Below are positions 58,225 through 64,000 of a stretch of DNA of 64,000 bases, one piece after another; within the stretch, counting starts at the first letter, position 1; every line of letters starts with the position of its first letter. A program made the position numbers and the translations under genes. Under the pieces are notes generated by a model. It was not told the origin of the DNA. It was given only the letters and a program-made list of their open reading frames with translations, and ran no database searches. Origin of the DNA: a virus; the IMG/VR virus record IMGVR_UViG_3300020214_000005, positions 1-64,000 of that record. One strand, written 5' to 3'.

Positions 58225-59559
58225 TCAGGCTGGTGCGCTGTTGAAGGTAACCTTCACGAAGGCTTCCGGCCTCTTGACCGCCAGCGCCAGGCGCTGCTCG
58301 GCCAGGATGACGATCGCGTTGCGGACGAAGAAGTCCGAGTGCTGTTCGCTGACTCGGATGCTTGCCTGCTCGCGGTCGTATAGCTGGGCGCCGGTTCCGA
58401 ACGCACCGACGAGGGCGGTGCCCTCGGCGATTGCCGGTGACTCGACAACCGAGGTCCTCCACAGCCTCGGCTGACCGCCGAGAGCCACGGAAACCGCGAC
58501 TAGGTACTGACCGTTGTCATCTTTCGAGAGTTCGATCTTCTCCCAGTCGCTCGGGTGCATGACCACGCCGGTCGGCTCGTAGTAGGCAAGGAACGACAGG
58601 GTCAGGGCGCGACGAATCGCGTCTCCCCTATTGTCCCCGGTCTGACCAGACGACCAGTTGTAGGTCTGGATTCCCGCCGTCTGAAGGACGCCCCTCAGGT
58701 TCTCGCCCGACCCGCTGCCGTTGAGGATTTGCGAGTCCTCAAGGAGACGCAAACCGTACATGAGCTCGTTGTCGATGATGCTGCGGAGCTGCGGTTCGTC
58801 GGCCAGCACGTTGCGGTGCGCGGCTTCCCAGTGGGCAAGCGTGCGGACCGAAGCGGCTTCGGCGACGAACTGGAGGCTCGACTGCGGCTTGGCAGCGAAC
58901 ACGTCCGGGTTCGGAGTCGTGTCTCGCTGTGCCACCGCAGCAGCGGCGTTTGTTGCCGTCGTTCCCGGCGTTGTGTAGCCGAGGTGACGGAAGTACTCGA
59001 TCACGGCCGCAGTGGTCGTGCGCGACGGGAACAGGTCCCTGACGCGCTTCGTCCTCGTCGGCTGGGTGACCATCGGGTCGCGCTGCACGGTTCCGAAGTT
59101 CGCCGTCGCACCGTTGGCAAGGTTGCCCGTCGGCATCGCCGAGAACACGTCCTTGACACCGTACTCGGTGAGCGAACCGGTGTACTGCCATGGTGAGGCC
59201 ATGTTGGCACCGTTGCGTCCCCCGTTGAGGGCCTTGAACTCCGGTGAGTCGACGAACTGTTGTCCGATCGACCTCGGGGCTTGCTGAACTGGTGCGATGA
59301 CCGCTGCTTGGGCGGCTATCGATGCATCGGCCGGGGATGAACCCCAGTCCTTCACCTGGTTGAGCGACTCGAGACCCTCAATGAGTCCCTTGATCTCGCG
59401 GATGTCGGACATGTTCTTGTCGAAGGCCGACTTCTGCTCGGTCGTAACGACGACCGTTCCGTTGTCAACGCGGAATGAGTCCGCGATCTCTTTGTTTTGC
59501 TGCATCTTTTCGCGGAGTGCTGACTGCAACTCGCGGAGCCTGCTCGTGTCTTCCGACAT
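58225..59559 (-). CDS. HK97-fold major capsid protein with delta domain
   Basis: Coiled-coil N-terminus; KP.S.LQF; LAHW; EDSQILNGSG; F.RN...ILAE.RLALAV.RPEAFV. Confidence 0.95.
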   Translation of the reverse strand: MSEDTSRLRELQSALREKMQQNKEIADSFRVDNGTVVVTTEQKSAFDKNMSDIREIKGLIEGLESLNQVKDWGSSPADASIAAQAAVIAPVQQAPRSIGQQFVDSPEFKALNGGRNGANMASPWQYTGSLTEYGVKDVFSAMPTGNLANGATANFGTVQRDPMVTQPTRTKRVRDLFPSRTTTAAVIEYFRHLGYTTPGTTATNAAAAVAQRDTTPNPDVFAAKPQSSLQFVAEAASVRTLAHWEAAHRNVLADEPQLRSIIDNELMYGLRLLEDSQILNGSGSGENLRGVLQTAGIQTYNWSSGQTGDNRGDAIRRALTLSFLAYYEPTGVVMHPSDWEKIELSKDDNGQYLVAVSVALGGQPRLWRTSVVESPAIAEGTALVGAFGTGAQLYDREQASIRVSEQHSDFFVRNAIVILAEQRLALAVKRPEAFVKVTFNSAPA

Positions 59560-59684
59560 GATTTTGCCTCCTGGGCATTATTGTTGTTGCTGTTCTACTA
59601 GACAGCGCTAGGTGAGCACCCGCTGCTTGCGTCTGGATTCAAAGTTAGCAGAATACTAAACGCCGTAGTGTAAGTAGCGTATTT

Positions 59685-59891
59685 TTATGTGGCTATGTCT
59701 ATGCCGTAACCGTGGCTACGCATGTCTGCGTAGATGTCCTTCAATTTGTCAAGCATTTTGCGATTTTCTGGGGTGTCGGCAAGTCCGTAATGGGACAGGG
59801 GTTGGTCCAGACACGCCGCGAGTTGCAGCGCCTCAAAGGCGTTCAGGCCTGCGCCGGCCCTCGGTCGATCGGAAATCCTGTCGTCGCTCAT
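59685..59891 (-). CDS. Small hypothetical protein
   Basis: GGAGG-N5-ATG. Confidence 0.55.
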   Translation of the reverse strand: MSDDRISDRPRAGAGLNAFEALQLAACLDQPLSHYGLADTPENRKMLDKLKDIYADMRSHGYGIDIAT

Positions 59892-59893
59892 CC

Positions 59894-62800
59894 CTACCTC
59901 CCAGAGAACGGAATAGTTATCGTTTGCGTCTTGCGCACCTCAATTTTACTGCCATCGGGGGCTGTCCTGTCCTTGTACAAGTATCTTAACAGGTAGGGGT
60001 GCTTTATCTGGAGGATCTGCGGCGCACCCAGCTGCCCGAGGAGCATCTGTCCGACGAGGAGGGGTTTCGTCGGGTCCTTCTCCGAGTCCCAGATGTACAA
60101 CTCGTCGAACAATTGCCTCTCAATGATGATGGGAAGTATCTGCTGGAGGTTCCACTGGATCTGTTCAACTATCCCTTCCGGCACGTGACGCCCGAACTGA
60201 TCTTCCCTGTTCAGCACCCTTTTTTGGATGACTGGCAACGGTGCGAAGAAGTAGTGGCCGACGATGTTGTATCCCTTCTTGCGCCAGTCAACCAGGTCCT
60301 GGAACCCGTCGTTGAACTGTCCGCTGGTGTCGTACACGAGGTCAAGCCCCTCCTCCGTGGCGGCCCTCGCCATCACGGCTGCCACCTGCCGCGACTCTCG
60401 GTGCACCAGGCCGGACGCGCTCTCCAGCCTGCGCGCGTACCAGAGCCTCGTCTCGGGCATCATTATTTTTGCGTCGTCCGGATCCGCCACGATGGCGCTG
60501 TCGTAGTTCGGTATGCCCGCCAAACCCATGTTCCTCGCCGTGGACTTCCCGGTCCCTGATCCTCCCCCGAGTATGTAGGCGGTCGGTCTCTGCTGGTCGT
60601 TGGGAATGTCGCCCCTCCTCGCCCGCTCGAGACTCAACTCCACGTACGGCCTCCATAACTGCTCCACCCGGTCCTTGTCGCCCCAGGCCGCAAACAGGTC
60701 GTCCCCGCCCCTCGAGGTGCCCACCCTGTAGAACCCTGCGGTGTCGCTGCCCTTTTCGAGGTGACTCGGCGGCATCTTGCTTTGCACCGACAGGAGACCG
60801 AGCTCGCGTGGCAGCGAATCATCTATGGGTTTGTCCGACATGCCCGCCTCGGCGCCCGGTCCGAATCTCCAGGTGGATGCGGCGACCCTGTTGCCCCACG
60901 GCATCAACGGGTGGGGCATCTTGTTCGATCCAAGGAACAGCTTCCTCCCCGTGGCCCTGCGGATGTCGTTTATCTGGGCGATCATCTTCTGGTTCCTCAC
61001 CCTCGCCGCCCGCGCAAGCATCCCGAGTCTTCTGTTGATCGACAGACTCAGGTCGCCGTACGGATCCGACGACGGATCGTTCTGCAGGTTTGCGACCGCC
61101 CTTCGTATCCACTCGGCATGGCCGAAGGCGAGCCTGTGCTGGCCCGCGGCTATCTCGGAGAGAGGAACCCAGCGAGCTCCCGACGCATCCGAGGCGGCGA
61201 CGAGTTGCGTGTCCCAGGGGACGACGAACATTCCGGCGCCGACCCTCACCCCGTTGACGAACCTCGGGTCCCAGTCTGGGGCTTCCATGGCGCCGAGGTA
61301 ATCCGCCTGCAGGGCGTTCTCAAGGGAAACCCCCACCTCTTCGAAGGTCTCGCGGGTCGCGGTCGTCATGAGGTCCTCGCCATCGTCCTTCAATCCGCCG
61401 ACGAGCGCCAAGGCATTCCTGTACGGGCCGCTCTTGCGCGTGATCATCGCTATCTCCGCCGTGCGAAGATCCAAGTCCCTCATCCTTATCATCACGGAGT
61501 CGGCCCCCTCGACGTAGATCGCGTCCTTGTTGAAGGACCAATTGCTGGTGCTCCAGTTGATGTCGTCTTCGGTGTAGTCAAGGTTGTGAAAGATGTTGAA
61601 CGGCGATCCCATGGATATGTTGTCGGCGACCTTTCGCAGTTCCGATTCGCTCATATCGACGTCCCCGTAGACCCCCTCGAAGTAACGCCTCTGATCGACT
61701 TCTTCGGAGCGAGCGAAGTTCCCGACGATGGGCTCGATCATGTCGGCGAAGTTCCTCGCCATCCCCGCCTCGGCGTCGTCGGTCTCGTCCGGCATGTGCT
61801 CGTCGTTGTCGAAGTACAGGCGCATGCTTGACTTCAGTTTCGTGAGTCGCGTTTGTTCCGAGTTGTCGGTCACCATCGCGTCCGCCCTGTCCATGGCGTG
61901 CCTTATCGCCCCCAGGAGGTCCGCCGGTTCCTGGCCGTTGTCACCGAAAATGAGACGAGAGTTCGTTGGGCGCACGGCGTCCGCCGAGAACGGGGATTCC
62001 CCTCCCCTGAAGTCCACGGGGGAGATTTCATTGCTCGCCGCCATCAGTGAGTAGATGTCCATTAGGCGCTCGACCTCGTCGACCAGCTCCCCGTCGGTGG
62101 CCGTCCCCACGGCGACCGATATGCGTCGGTCCGAGTTAAACCACATCCCGTTCGCGAGGAGTTTGTTTCGCTTGAGGTCGTCACTTCTGTCCGTAGAGTT
62201 TGTTCTGGCGCGACTTGGCGACATTCCCGCCTCCGGACTCAACGGCATTCCGCTCAAAACCCTTGCCGTAGCAATTGTCGCCTCGATGACGTCCGGGCTT
62301 ATGTTCTTTGATCGAAGCGCCTGTTTCACGCCGTCGTCGTTTTCGTTGCCCCTGAGCCTGTCGTTGAGAATCGCCAGGATCAGGTCGCCGAGGTCAATGA
62401 ATTCGTTGCCTCTTTGCGAGGAGGCCTTGAGTGCGCCGATCAGCGCCCGGTGTGCGGCCTTCGTCCATTTGGTGGGTTTCGGGGAGGGACCGTCCTTCGG
62501 GGTGGTCACGCCTTGGAGGGCGTTGATCATGTTCTCTACCGAGATGTTCAGTCTTCTCAGGGCCGTCAAGTACGTACCAGTTTCGGGGTGGGTCATCACA
62601 TATCTCCAGGCCCCCAACAGGAGGTGTCCTGCGTTTACATCGGGCGACCCCGACTTCGCCGCGTCCTCGTAGGCTTCCACGATTGAGAAAACTGTGTCGT
62701 TGGTGAACCGGGCCATCACCATTCTGGTCAGTGCGGACATGCCCGCCTCCGCGCCGGTTCCTCTGTCGCCTCTGTCGTAGGTCAGCTCGGGGAATCCGTT

Positions 62801-64000
62801 GGCGTCCAGCCATTCGTTGAAGGTTAAGAGCTTCGCGAATCTCTCGTCGTCGCTTAGCAGCGAGTCCTTGATCGGGTCTATCATCTCCCTCTTGTACCTC
62901 GGCAGCAAAATCCTCCGTTTGCGCGCCCGCTCGGTCGCAAGTATGAAGGGCTCCATCTCCCTGACGGCCTCGCCGAGCGTCTTGACCGACCCGTAGATGC
63001 CGCTCCGTATGTGCTGCTCGAAAAGGGTGCCCAAAGTATCCTGGGCCTCGGCGTAGTACCTGTTGTACCGGGTTAGGAATTCGCTCTGCTCGGGGGTGAG
63101 CTGACGAACATCGTCGGCGCCGTCGGCACCCGTGTGCCGTGCGATAATTCCCAAGAAAGTGACCCAACCGTCCTGGTCGTCGTGAATCTTTTCTACGACA
63201 GTCTGGCCGAATTCCAAATCACCGAACAGGGAATGGACGTGCGCGCGGGCGACCTCCTCCGCCAGCTTAAGGTGCGTCTCGTCGTTGATGGATCCGCTCT
63301 CTCGCAGGGTGTTCAGGAGTTGCTCTATGACATACATTTGTGTCTGGAAATCGGTCTGTCGCATCCCAATCCCAACCCTCATAGTGTCCAAGCCATTCTT
63401 GAACGCGGCGACCTGCCTGTATCCGATTTCCATGTTGGATCGGTGGGTCTGCAGGATGCCCTTGATCAGCGGTATCATGAAATTGTTTCTAAAATCGTTA
63501 GACTCAGGCCCGTCGGGTCTGCTCAGGATTGTGTGGGCCAAAGTCAGGTGCGGTTTTCCCCCGAACATTGTGATCACTTCGAGCGGTGACGTGATAAACA
63601 TTTCTTTCATCGCATTGATTGACTCCGAGAAACTCTTGCCCGTGACGGGGTAGATGTCGTCCATTCGGTCCAGGTCCAGCCACGGGAAGATATTCTTCAG
63701 CTGACGAAGGACGGCGTCTTTCGTCACCGTTCCCGCTGGGATCCCTTTGATGATGGGCCCGATCCACTCGTCGAAGCGGTCCAGTTCGGCGACTGGGTAG
63801 CCCATTCCCAGAAGCCGTCCAAAAGCCCTTTTGAGCAACTGGCTCGGTTTCTCCTCGACGAGCGCGGCATCCTCGAAGGCAATCATCGACGAAACGTAGT
63901 CCGCGAACTCCTCGGGGTGCATCTCCAGTATCTGATCGTCCCCGAGTTCACCGTAGGCGGATGCGGTCTCCCACCAGTACTTCCCCGGGGTCTCGTCTAT
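59894..64000 (-). CDS. Giant multidomain protein, 5'-truncated by window: Clp-N repeat domain, Nudix hydrolase, zeta-toxin-like P-loop kinase
   Basis: Frame open to 64000; ARFT...GHLLLG...IDLGDLILAIL; GGLKDDGEDLMTTATRETFEEVG; GGGSGTGKST, DPDDAK, YDTS. Confidence 0.85.
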   Translation of the reverse strand: MDETPGKYWWETASAYGELGDDQILEMHPEEFADYVSSMIAFEDAALVEEKPSQLLKRAFGRLLGMGYPVAELDRFDEWIGPIIKGIPAGTVTKDAVLRQLKNIFPWLDLDRMDDIYPVTGKSFSESINAMKEMFITSPLEVITMFGGKPHLTLAHTILSRPDGPESNDFRNNFMIPLIKGILQTHRSNMEIGYRQVAAFKNGLDTMRVGIGMRQTDFQTQMYVIEQLLNTLRESGSINDETHLKLAEEVARAHVHSLFGDLEFGQTVVEKIHDDQDGWVTFLGIIARHTGADGADDVRQLTPEQSEFLTRYNRYYAEAQDTLGTLFEQHIRSGIYGSVKTLGEAVREMEPFILATERARKRRILLPRYKREMIDPIKDSLLSDDERFAKLLTFNEWLDANGFPELTYDRGDRGTGAEAGMSALTRMVMARFTNDTVFSIVEAYEDAAKSGSPDVNAGHLLLGAWRYVMTHPETGTYLTALRRLNISVENMINALQGVTTPKDGPSPKPTKWTKAAHRALIGALKASSQRGNEFIDLGDLILAILNDRLRGNENDDGVKQALRSKNISPDVIEATIATARVLSGMPLSPEAGMSPSRARTNSTDRSDDLKRNKLLANGMWFNSDRRISVAVGTATDGELVDEVERLMDIYSLMAASNEISPVDFRGGESPFSADAVRPTNSRLIFGDNGQEPADLLGAIRHAMDRADAMVTDNSEQTRLTKLKSSMRLYFDNDEHMPDETDDAEAGMARNFADMIEPIVGNFARSEEVDQRRYFEGVYGDVDMSESELRKVADNISMGSPFNIFHNLDYTEDDINWSTSNWSFNKDAIYVEGADSVMIRMRDLDLRTAEIAMITRKSGPYRNALALVGGLKDDGEDLMTTATRETFEEVGVSLENALQADYLGAMEAPDWDPRFVNGVRVGAGMFVVPWDTQLVAASDASGARWVPLSEIAAGQHRLAFGHAEWIRRAVANLQNDPSSDPYGDLSLSINRRLGMLARAARVRNQKMIAQINDIRRATGRKLFLGSNKMPHPLMPWGNRVAASTWRFGPGAEAGMSDKPIDDSLPRELGLLSVQSKMPPSHLEKGSDTAGFYRVGTSRGGDDLFAAWGDKDRVEQLWRPYVELSLERARRGDIPNDQQRPTAYILGGGSGTGKSTARNMGLAGIPNYDSAIVADPDDAKIMMPETRLWYARRLESASGLVHRESRQVAAVMARAATEEGLDLVYDTSGQFNDGFQDLVDWRKKGYNIVGHYFFAPLPVIQKRVLNREDQFGRHVPEGIVEQIQWNLQQILPIIIERQLFDELYIWDSEKDPTKPLLVGQMLLGQLGAPQILQIKHPYLLRYLYKDRTAPDGSKIEVRKTQTITIPFSGR

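Overview
This 64 kb window is most likely part of a large, high-GC tailed phage infecting Actinobacteria. It encodes an HK97-type major capsid protein, a primase-helicase, an SNF2/HARP-like helicase, SSB, a C5 DNA methyltransferase, a GH25 lysin, three WhiB proteins, an Ntn (proteasome/HslV-type) protease, methionine aminopeptidase, thioredoxin, tmRNA and two tRNAs (Leu-UAA, Arg-CCU). The most unusual parts are non-coding. (1) Bases ~1-4,200 are low-complexity DNA with almost no A on the + strand and almost no palindromes. They are punctuated every ~400 bp by CACGGGTGGCACGGGG and bracketed by two near-identical convergent promoters. (2) Bases ~17,500-30,900 form a 13 kb gene-free mosaic of ~100-bp structured repeat families, with strand-specific GCGNAGC mini-hairpins and paralogous modules whose closing stems differ in sequence yet still pair. 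(3) Bases ~31,000-42,000 hold small-gene cassettes driven by a conserved TTGCAA-N17-TAGCGT, largely leaderless, promoter with a CRP-like box exactly 10 bp upstream, separated by polar three-part spacer motifs. Other notable items: a giant protein whose domains are each preceded by an (A/P)EAGM motif, three paralogous 18-aa membrane peptides, and a methyltransferase apparently started at CTG with a nested alternative-frame subunit. All counts are by eye and no database searches were run.
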